From contig JBDREN010000230.1 of the NCBI GenBank assembly GCA_043819795.1, positions 1 to 55,336 of the forward strand: a DNA stretch of 55,336 bases, read 5' to 3'. Source of the DNA: Elusimicrobiota bacterium (GTDB lineage: Bacteria; Elusimicrobiota; Elusimicrobia; UBA1565). Numbering within the stretch: position 1 is the first letter of the stretch; each line of letters starts with the position of its first letter. The notes beneath the pieces are model-generated. The model saw nothing but the letters and a program-made list of their open reading frames with translations. It had not been told where the DNA came from and made no database searches. Made by a program: the position numbers and the translations under genes. Shown here in pieces: positions 34,149 through 44,023 of this stretch.

Positions 34149-37100
34149 ATGACATTTTCAAGGCGGGACGGCATGCGGAGCTTGGGTGTCGGATTGGGCG
34201 TGATCCTGGCGGTTTGGGCGGCGGCCGGGTCGGCGGAAGCCGCCGCTATCTTCCCCCATCCGGAGAACGTGACCGAGATCTCCGGGGGGAGGTACATATC
34301 CGCCGCCATCAACAACGGCGTGGTGGGGGTGTGGGGAGATGGCTATTACGGCCCGTTCGGCGACGGGACGACCCAGGACGATGACATTCCACACCGCGCC
34401 CTGGGCCTGACCAACGTGGCCGCCGTGGCGGCGGGGGGGTCCCACGTGATCGCCCTGATGCCGAACGGGGATATCTACGCATGGGGCTGCAACCGGGACG
34501 GAGAGTTGGGAGTCGGCTCCATCGGGGGCTCGCGGACGACTCCGGTCCGGGTCATCGATCCGAACGATCCAACGGGCTATCTCACCGGCATCGTCGCGAT
34601 CGGGGCCGGGGACAGGCATTCATTGGCTGTGAAGGAAGACGGCACTGTCTACGCATGGGGGGCGAACGATAGCGGCCAGTTGGGGGATGGCACGATTGCC
34701 AGGAAGGGCACCCCTGTGCAGGTGAAGGGGCCGTACGGCGTCGGCGTGCTTGAGGGAATCGTCGAGGTCGGCGCGAGATCCATGCATTCGCTAGCCCGTA
34801 CGGCGGACGGCCGCGTCTACGCGTGGGGATATTCCCAGAGAGGGTCGCTGGGCAATAACCAAGTGCCTTCCGAGGGATGCGGCCCGTATGCGTGCGTCAA
34901 AAACCCGGTACCCGTGCTTGATCCGAACGATCCCAGCGGGTTTTTGACGGGCGTCGTCAGGCTTTCCAGGGGGCACGGAGGCAACCAGAGCCTGGTCATG
35001 AAGGGCGACGGGAGCGTGTACGGCTGGGGAGTGAACACGAGCGGCGAGTTGGGGGATGGAACCACTTCGAACCGGCCTCTCCCGGTCCGGACGAAGGGGC
35101 CCGGCGGAGTCGGGTACCTGACGGGGATTGTGGACATGGGGCAAGCGTGGTATCAAACAGTGGGCCTCCATGCCGACGGGACCGTCATCAGTTGGGGACA
35201 GGGATGGAGCATCCCGGTCAAGCACCCGGACTCGGACGATTCCACGGGTTTCCTCACCGGCTTCAAGCGTATAGCGGTCGACCGTAATATGAATGAATAC
35301 GGAGTCAAGGACGACGGCTCCTTGTGGACCTGGAAGAGGTACGGGGCCCCCACACGGATCGTCTTCGGGACCGATCCGGACGGGGACGGCTATTCCGACG
35401 AGTACGACGACAATTGCCCGGGGCTCTACAATGACCAGGCCGACAGCAACGGGGACGGGGCCGGGGACGCCTGCCAGCCGACGGTGGCGATCAACTCGAT
35501 CACCGAGGACGGGGGCGTGAACTTGGAGGTGGACGCCGAGATCGGCGATCCCAACGACGATCCCCTCACCGGCAGCGTCCGCGTGTTCCAGGGCTTGTGG
35601 GAGGAGTACGTCATGGACAGGGCCCATCCGCGCCTGTACTTGGAGGGATCGAATTACCTGGTGCGGCAGTATATGGAGATGTGGGGGGAGTTCTCCGGGC
35701 CCTTGGTGGACAAAAGTTGCGCGAACGACTGGGAGAAATACTGCGACCCGCGTCAGCCGGGCTCTTCGGAGGCGGACCATTTCGAGCTCGCCTGCGAGCC
35801 TTGCGAAACGGCGAGCGATTTCCGGGCCGCGCTCGACCCGTACTACAACTGCGGCGTGTACGAGTCGGAGATGGCCGGCAAGCGCATCTGCGTGAGGTCC
35901 AAGCATACGGGGGAGACCTTCCCGTTCGTCGTTGAGCGATGGGAGAGCGGTAGCTGGGAGGACGAGGACGCCGCCGTCGTATTGATCGGCGACGGCCCGA
36001 GGTCCGTCGATCAAGCCTTCACGGATGAGCTGCCGAGCCGGATCGACCTCTCGCAGACCGGTATGGTTTCGGGCGAGCCTTACAAGCTGCGCATCATAGC
36101 CGACGACGGCAACTCCCTGGAGCCCGGCTCGGCCGTGGCCGAGTTCCTGTATCAGGGGGAGAACGCCATGACGTTCGGCAAGGACATGGACGGCGACGGG
36201 GTGGATGACGCCGACGACAACTGCCCGACGATCGCCAACCCGGGCCAGGAGGACTTGGACGGCGACGGCGCGGGCGACGCCTGCGATCCGGACGACGATG
36301 GCGACGGGGTGGATGACTCGGACGATAACTGCCCGATGACCGTCAACGCGGGGCAGGAAGACAACGACGGCGACCGGGCGGGCGACGCCTGCGATCCTGA
36401 CGACGACAACGACGGCGCGGCGGACGCCATCGACAACTGCCCGATGACCGCCAATGCGGGCCAGGAGGACTTGGACGGCGACGGCGCGGGCGACGCCTGC
36501 GATCCGGATGACGACAACGACGGGGTCGACGACGCCGACGACAACTGTCCGATGGTCGCGAACGCCGTGCAGGAGGATAACGACGGCGACGGGGCGGGCG
36601 ACGCCTGCGACCCCGACGACGATAACGACGGCGTGGACGACGGCGACGACAACTGCCCGATGATCGCGAACGCCGTACAGGAGGATAACGACGGCGACGG
36701 GGCCGGCGACGCCTGCGATCCGGATGACGACGACGACGGGGTCGACGACGGCGACGACAACTGTCCGATGATCGCGAACGCCGTGCAGGAGGATAACGAC
36801 GGCGACGGCGCGGGCGACGCCTGCGATCCGGATGACGACAACGACGGGGTCGACGACGCCGACGACAACTGTCCGATGATCGCTAACACGGGCCAGGAGG
36901 ACTTAGACGACGACGGTGCGGGCGACGCCTGCGATCCGGACATCGACGGCGACGGGGTCCTAAACGAGGCCGACGGGTGCCCGTACGAGGACGCGTCCGG
37001 CCGCGACGCGGACGGGAACGGGTGCATCGACTCGGCGGACGACCTCGATGATACGATCGAGTCGTTGGACCTGCATAGCGGGACCGAGTCCTCGCTCACC

Positions 37101-37271
37101 AGCAAGGCCGAGAACGCGGCGGCCGCGGCGGAGAGGGGTAATACGAAGGCGGCGGCCAACGCCCTGGAGGCCTTCATCAACCAGGTGGAGGCCCAGCGCG
37201 GAAAGAAGATCAGCGACGAGGACGCCGACATGCTCATCGCCTTCGCGCAAAACGCCATCGCGGGGCTCTGA
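34149..37271 (+). CDS. Secreted protein: RCC1-like propeller, Cys-rich central region, thrombospondin type-3 repeats, C-terminal FIMAH-like domain
   Basis: GGAGG RBS and a signal peptide ending AEAAA. RCC1 motifs AG..HSLA...DGTVYAWG.N..GQLGDG, TSP3 array, and C-terminal AANALEAFINQVEAQRGKKIS..DADMLIA. Confidence 0.88.
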   Translation: MTFSRRDGMRSLGVGLGVILAVWAAAGSAEAAAIFPHPENVTEISGGRYISAAINNGVVGVWGDGYYGPFGDGTTQDDDIPHRALGLTNVAAVAAGGSHVIALMPNGDIYAWGCNRDGELGVGSIGGSRTTPVRVIDPNDPTGYLTGIVAIGAGDRHSLAVKEDGTVYAWGANDSGQLGDGTIARKGTPVQVKGPYGVGVLEGIVEVGARSMHSLARTADGRVYAWGYSQRGSLGNNQVPSEGCGPYACVKNPVPVLDPNDPSGFLTGVVRLSRGHGGNQSLVMKGDGSVYGWGVNTSGELGDGTTSNRPLPVRTKGPGGVGYLTGIVDMGQAWYQTVGLHADGTVISWGQGWSIPVKHPDSDDSTGFLTGFKRIAVDRNMNEYGVKDDGSLWTWKRYGAPTRIVFGTDPDGDGYSDEYDDNCPGLYNDQADSNGDGAGDACQPTVAINSITEDGGVNLEVDAEIGDPNDDPLTGSVRVFQGLWEEYVMDRAHPRLYLEGSNYLVRQYMEMWGEFSGPLVDKSCANDWEKYCDPRQPGSSEADHFELACEPCETASDFRAALDPYYNCGVYESEMAGKRICVRSKHTGETFPFVVERWESGSWEDEDAAVVLIGDGPRSVDQAFTDELPSRIDLSQTGMVSGEPYKLRIIADDGNSLEPGSAVAEFLYQGENAMTFGKDMDGDGVDDADDNCPTIANPGQEDLDGDGAGDACDPDDDGDGVDDSDDNCPMTVNAGQEDNDGDRAGDACDPDDDNDGAADAIDNCPMTANAGQEDLDGDGAGDACDPDDDNDGVDDADDNCPMVANAVQEDNDGDGAGDACDPDDDNDGVDDGDDNCPMIANAVQEDNDGDGAGDACDPDDDDDGVDDGDDNCPMIANAVQEDNDGDGAGDACDPDDDNDGVDDADDNCPMIANTGQEDLDDDGAGDACDPDIDGDGVLNEADGCPYEDASGRDADGNGCIDSADDLDDTIESLDLHSGTESSLTSKAENAAAAAERGNTKAAANALEAFINQVEAQRGKKISDEDADMLIAFAQNAIAGL
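36183..36938 (+). repeat. Seven tandem 108-bp (36-aa) thrombospondin type-3 repeats
   Basis: DDDNDGVDD.DDNCPM.AN..QED.DGDGAGDACDP x7. Units 4-6 are nearly identical. Confidence 0.92.
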
Positions 37272-37315
37272 GGGGGGAGGCGGAAAAGAGTCACCCGCGA
37301 GACGTTTGGACTGAG

Positions 37316-37350
37316 GAGGAGGCCCCGGGCGACCGGGGTTTCTTTCTTTT
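37316..37350 (+). terminator. Intrinsic terminator, paralogous to 33836-33867
   Basis: GGAGGCCCCGG-GCGA-CCGGGGTTTCT hairpin followed by a T-rich tail. Confidence 0.78.
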
Positions 37351-37533
37351 GACTCCTCACCCGGCCGCTAGCCGAGGGTTTTCAGGGAAAGAAGCTGTTC
37401 CGACATACGTATGTTTTCTCGCTCCGGCGACAGTTAACATACAGACATACGCTTACCCATCCGGTGCCTGCCTGAGGGCATTCTTCCCGCGCGCTGCCCG
37501 GTTCCCGAGATTTGATACGATTGCGGTCTCTCG

Positions 37534-38910
37534 ATGGAGCATATCGAGGCGTTTTCCGCGCGGTTCGCGGGCCTGGTGTGGGGCCTGCCGCTGGTCTTCC
37601 TCCTGTTCGGGGCCGGGGTGCTCTTCACGGTCCTCCACGGCGGGATCCAGTTCCGCATGTTCCGGCACGCGGTGAATATCGTCCGGGGGAAGTACGACAA
37701 CCCGGAGGACACCGGCGAGATCAGCCACTTCCAGGCCCTGTGCGCGGCGCTTTCCGCGACGATCGGGCTGGGCAACATCGCGGGCGTGGCCGTGGCCGTC
37801 ACGGCCGGCGGGCCGGGTGCCGTGTTCTGGATGTGGGTCGCGGGGCTTTTGGGCATGGCCACGAAGTACACCGAGGTCTCGCTGGCCATGATCTACAGGG
37901 AGAAGGACGAGGAAGGGCACGTGCACGGCGGGCCCATGTTCACGATCAAGAACGCCCTGGGGCGGGCGTTCCTCCCGCTGGCCGCCCTCTACGCCTTCTT
38001 CACCATGTGCAGTTCTATGGGCGCGGGGAACATGTTCCAGTCCAACAACATGGCGGCCGCCCTCGAGGCGGGCTACGGCGTGCCCAGATGGTTCAGCGGC
38101 CTCGCGTTCTGCGCTCTGGCCGGCGTGGTGCTCATCGGCGGGATCAAGAGGATCGGGCGGGTCGCGGGCCGGCTGGTCCCCGTCATGGTGGTCCTCTACT
38201 TCATCGGCGCCATCGGGATCATCCTCTGGCACCTGCCGCGGGTGCCCGGGATGTTGCTCTCCATCGTATCCGGCGCGTTCACGGGCACGGCGGCCGTGGG
38301 CGGCTTCGCGGGCGTGGGGGTGCGCGAGGTCCTGGTCCAGGGCGTGCGGCGGGCGGTGTTTTCCAACGAGGCGGGGATGGGCTCGGCCGCCATGGCGCAC
38401 AGCGCGGCCAAGACCGAGGTGCCGATCCGGGAGGGCATGGTGGCTTTGCTCGAGCCGTTCATCGACACCGTGGTGGTCTGCACCCTGACCGCCTTGGCGC
38501 TCCTGCTCACGGGCGTCTGGAAGGACCCGCAGGGGCTCAGCGGAGCGCCGCTGACCGCGGCCGCCTTCGCCCAGGTCTACGGCAGGGGCGGGGCCGCGAT
38601 CGTGGACCTGGCGGTCGTGCTCTTCGCCTTCTCGACCATCATCTCCTGGTCGTACTACGGCGAGCAGGGGGCCGACTACCTGTTCGGGCTCAAGGGCATC
38701 CCGTACTACCGGTGGGTCTTTATCGGGTTCATCTTCATCGGGGCCGTCTGGAAGCTGGGGCCCGTGATCGACCTCTCTGACGCGATGTTCGGGCTCATGG
38801 CTTTGCCGAACCTGGTCGCCAGCTTCCTGCTCATCGGCAAGCTGTCCAAGGAGACCAGGAAGTACATCCGGGACTACAAGGCGGGAGGGTTCAAACGGAC
38901 CGACTTGTAG
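37534..38910 (+). CDS. Alanine/glycine:cation symporter (AGCS family)
   Basis: ISHFQAL..ALSATIGLGNIAGVA, GGPGAVFWMW, FSNEAGMGSA, EPFIDT, FAFSTIISWSYYGE. Confidence 0.93.
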   Translation: MEHIEAFSARFAGLVWGLPLVFLLFGAGVLFTVLHGGIQFRMFRHAVNIVRGKYDNPEDTGEISHFQALCAALSATIGLGNIAGVAVAVTAGGPGAVFWMWVAGLLGMATKYTEVSLAMIYREKDEEGHVHGGPMFTIKNALGRAFLPLAALYAFFTMCSSMGAGNMFQSNNMAAALEAGYGVPRWFSGLAFCALAGVVLIGGIKRIGRVAGRLVPVMVVLYFIGAIGIILWHLPRVPGMLLSIVSGAFTGTAAVGGFAGVGVREVLVQGVRRAVFSNEAGMGSAAMAHSAAKTEVPIREGMVALLEPFIDTVVVCTLTALALLLTGVWKDPQGLSGAPLTAAAFAQVYGRGGAAIVDLAVVLFAFSTIISWSYYGEQGADYLFGLKGIPYYRWVFIGFIFIGAVWKLGPVIDLSDAMFGLMALPNLVASFLLIGKLSKETRKYIRDYKAGGFKRTDL

Positions 38911-38961
38911 TCCCGGGGTGACTTCCGGTACTATGAGGAAAGTCCGTGGAGGTGCCAAGCG

Positions 38962-39177
38962 ATGGGTTGGATATCCGAAAAGCTCGGCAGGATAGCGCAG
39001 CTGCCGAAACCTCTCCTCTTCACGCATATCTTCGCCAAGCTCGTGTTCGGGTGCGGTCTTGGCCTCGTATTGGCGAGCATGGTCCGGTTCGATTGGGCTC
39101 TGGCCGGCTGGGTGCTCATCGTCCTGGCGGTCCTCATTAGCATCCCGAGCGTTTACCTCATATTGAAAAAACAGTGA
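38962..39177 (+). CDS. Small two-TM membrane protein
   Basis: GGAGG RBS, hydrophobic 71 aa, GTGA overlap with the next gene. Confidence 0.7.
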   Translation: MGWISEKLGRIAQLPKPLLFTHIFAKLVFGCGLGLVLASMVRFDWALAGWVLIVLAVLISIPSVYLILKKQ

Positions 39178-40952
39178 CACGGGCGGCAGAGGAGCGGGCC
39201 GGCCTCAAGCTGGAGGACGGCTCCCGCATAGGCGTCGTGGGCGGGGGACCGGCCGGGTCGTTCTTCACCTATTTCGCGCTCGAGCTGGCCGAGCGGGCCG
39301 GGCTCGATATCAAGGTGGACGTCTACGACGCCAAGGATTTCTCGTGCTACGGCCCCAAGGGCTGCAATCATTGCGGGGGGATCGTCTCCGAGTCTTTGGT
39401 GCAGGTGCTCGCCACCGAGGGGATCAAGCTGCCTCCCGGGGTGGTCCAGAGAGGCATCCAGTCTTACGTGATGCATACCGAGAGCGGCGTCGTCGAGATC
39501 GACACGCCCCTTCACGAGAAGAGGATCGCGGCCATGCACCGGGGGGGCGGCCCCCTGGGGACGAAGGACTCGACGTGGAAGAGCTTCGACGGGTATCTGC
39601 GGGAGCTCACCGCGCTCAAGGGAGCGCGCCTGATCAATGACCGGGTCGAGAAGCTGGCCCTGGTCGAGGGCCGGCCTTCGGTCAGCACCCGGAGGGGCGC
39701 CTCCGAGACCTACGACCTCCTCGTCGGCGCGGTGGGAGTGAACGGCCCGACTCAGAAGCTCTTCGAGGGCCTGGGTTTCGGGTACCGTCCTCCGCGGACG
39801 ACCAAGACCTTCCTCTGCGAGTTTCCCATGGGCAAGGACCTCGTGGACTCCTATTTCGGCAACGCCATGCACGTCTTCCTGCTCGACCTCCCCCGCTTGG
39901 AGTTCGGCGCTCTCATCCCCAAGGGAAGCTTCGTGACGATGTGCCTTCTGGGCGAGGCGATCGACAGGGATCTGGTGGCCTCTTTCCTCAAGGCGCCCGA
40001 GGTGAAGCGGTGCTTCCCGCCGGACATGGACCTGCCCCGCGCCCATACCTGCCAGTGCTTCCCCAAGATCAGCGTACGGGGGGCCGATCGCTTCTTCACC
40101 GACAGGGTGCTTCTGCTCGGGGACTGCGGCGTGACCCGGCTCTACAAGGACGGGATCGGGGCCGCCTATATGAGCGCCAAGGCCGCGGCGGCGACCGTCG
40201 TATTCGAGGGGATCTCGCGTGACGCTCTCAGGAGACATTACTATCCGACGTGCCGGGCGACCGCCGTGGACAACGCGCTCGGCAAGGCCATCTTCGCCTT
40301 CACCACGCTCGTGAAGAAGCTGCCGGTGCTGAAGAACGGGGTGCAGGGCATGGTGGAGAGCGAGAGCTCCATGGAGGGCGGGCGCCGGCGCATGAGCATG
40401 GTGCTGTGGGACACGTTCACGGGCAGCGCTCCGTACCGGGACATCCTGCTTCGCGCCATGGACCCCAGATTTACGGCCTCGCTCGTCTGGCACACGCTGG
40501 CGGGCGTGTTGCCTCATATGGCCGCGGGCAAGCCGAAGGAGGGCGCGGTGGGATCCGAGAACTTAGGGAAGGTCTACCAAGACGGGGAAGAGATCGTGAC
40601 CCAGGGCGAGCCGGGAGAATGCATGTACGTCATCCAGTCCGGGCGGGTCGCCGTCGTCCAGACCAAGGACGGCAAGGACGTGCATCTCGCGGAGCTGGGG
40701 GAAGGGGACTTTTTTGGGGAGATGGCCCTCTTCGAGCGCGAGGTGCGCTCGACGAACATCCGCGCCATGGGCGAGGTCCGCGTCCTCACGGTGGACAGGA
40801 AGACGCTGCTGCGCAGGATCAGGATGGACCCTTCCCTGGCTTTCCGCATGCTCGAGAGGATGAGCTTCCGGATACGCGAGTTGAACTCCCGGCAGAGGCC
40901 GATCCGGGCGCCGGGCGGGGGGGGCGGAGAGAGGGCGGGCGAGCCGGGCTAG
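39174..40952 (+). CDS. FAD-dependent oxidoreductase (geranylgeranyl-reductase-like fold) fused to a cNMP-binding domain
   Basis: IGVVGGGPAGS, CNHCGG, LLGDCG..R..KDGIG.A. C-terminal QGE.GECMYVIQSG...FFGEMALFE..RS. Confidence 0.82.
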   Translation: MTRAAEERAGLKLEDGSRIGVVGGGPAGSFFTYFALELAERAGLDIKVDVYDAKDFSCYGPKGCNHCGGIVSESLVQVLATEGIKLPPGVVQRGIQSYVMHTESGVVEIDTPLHEKRIAAMHRGGGPLGTKDSTWKSFDGYLRELTALKGARLINDRVEKLALVEGRPSVSTRRGASETYDLLVGAVGVNGPTQKLFEGLGFGYRPPRTTKTFLCEFPMGKDLVDSYFGNAMHVFLLDLPRLEFGALIPKGSFVTMCLLGEAIDRDLVASFLKAPEVKRCFPPDMDLPRAHTCQCFPKISVRGADRFFTDRVLLLGDCGVTRLYKDGIGAAYMSAKAAAATVVFEGISRDALRRHYYPTCRATAVDNALGKAIFAFTTLVKKLPVLKNGVQGMVESESSMEGGRRRMSMVLWDTFTGSAPYRDILLRAMDPRFTASLVWHTLAGVLPHMAAGKPKEGAVGSENLGKVYQDGEEIVTQGEPGECMYVIQSGRVAVVQTKDGKDVHLAELGEGDFFGEMALFEREVRSTNIRAMGEVRVLTVDRKTLLRRIRMDPSLAFRMLERMSFRIRELNSRQRPIRAPGGGGGERAGEPG

Positions 40953-40971
40953 GAGGTCCCGCGCGCGTCGG

Positions 40972-41652
40972 CTAACCGGACTTGCGCTTGCGGGGCTCCA
41001 GCGAGCGGATCTGCTCCTCGATCCACGGACGGCGCTCCGCGACCCGGCGGTCCTTGGGGTCCCTGGTGTTGAGCTCGGCCAGGACCTTCTTGTAGAGGCG
41101 CAGGGCCTCGGCGCGGGCGCCGTTCTCCTCGGCTCGACGGGCTGTTTCGATGGCGGCGTTGAGGCGGATGTCGACGATCGAGTCCCGCAGCATGCCCTCG
41201 AGGGTCTCGAAGGCCCCCTTCTGCCGGACGCGGCCCTTGTACTCGCTGAGCTTGAGCCGGAAGCCCTCGAAGAGCTTCAGCTTCGCCTCCGGCGACTCGG
41301 CCGTCTTCGCCGAGACTATCAGCTGGTCCAGCTCGGATCTCAGGGTCTTGAGGAGCAGGGCGTCGAGCTCGGCGCGGGTCTTGCTCAGCTCCCGCTGGGG
41401 CGAGCTCCCGGGCGTCGCGACCCCTTTGCGCTCATAGTCCGAGAGCGCCTCCAGGTTCGAAGCCATCAGGTCCATGCTCTGGATCTTCGAGGCCGGGTTG
41501 AGGGTGGTGTCGGCCTTGATCTTGAACTCCTTGACGATCCGGGAGCGCTGTTCGATGTCCAGGGCGGCCAGCTTGGCGCAGTAGCGGCACAGCCCCTGAT
41601 CGTCGAGCAGGGCCAGCCACCCCTTGCAGCCGCAGATCTTGCAGTCCGCCAT
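40972..41652 (-). CDS. Hypothetical protein: N-terminal zinc-ribbon, helical body
   Basis: CKICG...LCRYC, AGGA RBS, TPR-like C-terminal helix pair. Confidence 0.75.
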   Translation of the reverse strand: MADCKICGCKGWLALLDDQGLCRYCAKLAALDIEQRSRIVKEFKIKADTTLNPASKIQSMDLMASNLEALSDYERKGVATPGSSPQRELSKTRAELDALLLKTLRSELDQLIVSAKTAESPEAKLKLFEGFRLKLSEYKGRVRQKGAFETLEGMLRDSIVDIRLNAAIETARRAEENGARAEALRLYKKVLAELNTRDPKDRRVAERRPWIEEQIRSLEPRKRKSG

Positions 41653-41836
41653 ATCCTGAGATTATACGGCGCGCCCGCGCTCCCCGCAAGGGCGTCGCAC
41701 CTGTGACCGGGCGGCGGGGCGTGTCGGAGGCGCGCATACTCATACAGCGCGCCGAGACCCGAGCGGCGCCCACCGGGGCGACCGCGTCCCCGCCGGCCGG
41801 AACTGGGACGGGACCCGCCGCCAACAGATGCCGGCT

Positions 41837-43330
41837 TCAGGGGAGTTCGGCGAGGCGCCGCAGGACGTTCCCGGCCGAAGGACGCTTGGCGAGGGCGCCG
41901 GAGAAGTCGAGCCGGCCCTCCACGGCTTTCTTGACCGCCGGTCCTTGCGCGGTGTCGCCCAGGAGGATGGCGCCCACGAGCGCGTTGTCCCGGAACACGA
42001 AGCGGCGGTACGCGCCGTCCGCCTCCCCCGTGACGACCGCGCAGCTGCCGTCCTCGGGCTGGAGCTTGCCGATGCTCAGCAGGTCGAGGCCCAGGACCTT
42101 GAGGGTGTTGGACCGCGGGAGACCCCCGAATACGGTGGGGACGCCGACGGCGTTGAGGCCCGCGATCCCTCCCTGGTATTGGGCCGCGTTCCACAGCCCG
42201 TAGACCGCGCCGTCGTGCTCCGCCAGGTCGCCCGCGGCGTACACGTCGGGATGCGAGGTCCTCAGATGGCCGTCCACGGTGACGCCCGCGCGCGTCTCCA
42301 GGCCGGCCTTTCGCGCCAGATGGGTGTTGGAGCGGATGCCCGTGGTGATGAGCGCGAGACCGGCCGGCAGCGCCGTCCCGTCTTCGAGCCTTACCTCCCG
42401 GACGGCCTTGTCCCCGATGAGGGCCTCGGTCGAGGCCTTCTCGCGCAGCTTGATGCCGAGCTTGCGGACGTGCGCCCCCATCAGCTCGCCGGCCCTCCGG
42501 TCCAGCTGGCGGGGCATGAGCCACTCGAAGCTCTCGAGCAGCGTGACCTCGGCGCCGCGCTTGGCCAGAGCCGCGGCGGTCTCCAGCCCCAGGATGCCGC
42601 CGCCGATGCAGACGCAGGGCCCTTCGCGGGCGCGCTCCAGTATCCGGTCGGCGTCCTCGGCCGTCCTGAGCGTGCTGGCCCCGCTCAGCTCCGTGCCGGG
42701 AAAAGGCGGCACGAACGGATGCGCTCCCGCGGCCAGGATCAGCTTGTCGTAGCGGAGGGGAGACCCGTCCTTGAGCCGGACTTCCTTCTTGTCCAGATCG
42801 AGCGCCGCGGCCTCGGCCCTTCTCAGGAGCCGGATGTCGTTGTCCTTGTACCAGAACTCGGGATGGATGGGAAGCGCCTCGGGTCCGACCTCGCCGGCCA
42901 GGTAGCGGGTGAGGTTGAGGCGGTAGTAGGGCGGCCTCTCTTCCAGGTTGAGAAGGGTGATCCGCGCGTCCGGGGAAGCCCGCCGGGCGGATTCCGCCGC
43001 CGTCACGCCCGCGATCCCGGCGCCCACGATGACCAGCTCGAGCTTGCCGTCCCCCGCCGCCGTTCGCGCCCCGGGCTCCTCGATAGGCTCGAACTCGTCC
43101 GCGGACGCGCCGCAGACCGGACAGGTGTCGGGAGGGGCGTCGCCTTCGTGGATGTAGAGGCAGACCACGCAGCGCCACCGGCGGGGCTTGGCGGTCTGGG
43201 CGGAGGGGGTCTCCGCGTATGGCTCGAACTCGGAGGCGCCGGCCCCGCAGATCGGGCAGGTCTCCGGCGGGTTCGGCCCGCGGTGCACGTAGCCGCAGAT
43301 CAGGCAGCGCCAGGATCTTTCCGCGCTCAT
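41837..43330 (-). CDS. NAD(P)H:FAD oxidoreductase with two N-terminal rubredoxin-like domains
   Basis: WRC.IC.Y.H.G..PP.TCP.CGA twice, then VGAGIAG, YDKLILAAG, IGGGILGLE, TS.PDVYAAGD. Confidence 0.88.
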   Translation of the reverse strand: MSAERSWRCLICGYVHRGPNPPETCPICGAGASEFEPYAETPSAQTAKPRRWRCVVCLYIHEGDAPPDTCPVCGASADEFEPIEEPGARTAAGDGKLELVIVGAGIAGVTAAESARRASPDARITLLNLEERPPYYRLNLTRYLAGEVGPEALPIHPEFWYKDNDIRLLRRAEAAALDLDKKEVRLKDGSPLRYDKLILAAGAHPFVPPFPGTELSGASTLRTAEDADRILERAREGPCVCIGGGILGLETAAALAKRGAEVTLLESFEWLMPRQLDRRAGELMGAHVRKLGIKLREKASTEALIGDKAVREVRLEDGTALPAGLALITTGIRSNTHLARKAGLETRAGVTVDGHLRTSHPDVYAAGDLAEHDGAVYGLWNAAQYQGGIAGLNAVGVPTVFGGLPRSNTLKVLGLDLLSIGKLQPEDGSCAVVTGEADGAYRRFVFRDNALVGAILLGDTAQGPAVKKAVEGRLDFSGALAKRPSAGNVLRRLAELP

Positions 43331-43399
43331 GGACTCGTACCAAGGCGGTCTCAGCCGGCGTCCTCCGGCTGGGACTTGCCTCAGGTCAACGCTCCGGGA

Positions 43400-43912
43400 T
43401 CAGTCGTAGACCTTGTACTTCTCGGGCGCCGCGCCGCAGACCGGGCACTTGCTCTCGGGCTTGCCGATGTGGATGTGGCCGCACACCGGGCAGAGGTAGA
43501 CTTCCGAGCCCTCAAGGTCCTTGCCGGCCTCCAGCGACTCGAGCGCCTTCTTGTAGGCGTTCGCGTGGTACTCCTCGATCTTCATCGCGTAGTAGAACAT
43601 CCGTTTGGCCGGGTGCCCCTCTTTCTGGGCGGTGTCGAACATCGGGGGATACATCTGCTGGAACTCGTAGGTCTCGCCGCTGATGGCCTCGCCGAGGTTC
43701 TCCTTGGTGGACTTGACCATGCCCATGGCCTCGAAGTGGCCCAAGGCGTGGATGGTCTCGGCCTCGGCCGTGGCCCTGAAGAGCCGGGCGATCTGCTTGT
43801 GGCCCTCCTCCTCGGCCTTCTTCGCCCAGGCCGTGTACTTCCGGTTGGCCTGGCTCTCGCCGGCGAACGCGGTCTTGAGGTCGGCCATCACCTTCGTCGC
43901 TGTTTCGGGCAT
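43400..43912 (-). CDS. rbr: Rubrerythrin
   Basis: AFAGESQANRKY, AE.E.IHA, GET.E...MYP, E..H, and C-terminal CPVCG...CPVCGA. GGAGG RBS. Confidence 0.92.
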   Translation of the reverse strand: MPETATKVMADLKTAFAGESQANRKYTAWAKKAEEEGHKQIARLFRATAEAETIHALGHFEAMGMVKSTKENLGEAISGETYEFQQMYPPMFDTAQKEGHPAKRMFYYAMKIEEYHANAYKKALESLEAGKDLEGSEVYLCPVCGHIHIGKPESKCPVCGAAPEKYKVYD

Positions 43913-44023
43913 ATGTCCCTCCCTGATGAGATGATATCGGTCTGTCCGCTATCCTAACGACCCGCAACAAGATCGCCTGGGCCTGAGCATGCTGAGTCGC
44001 GCGGGAGAACGGCCGTCGGCGGG

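Noticed and set aside
37351..37533. Glycine riboswitch expected upstream of an AGCS symporter
   Set aside because: I could not find the GGAGA...CCGAAG...CTCTCAGG aptamer core. An Rfam scan would settle it.
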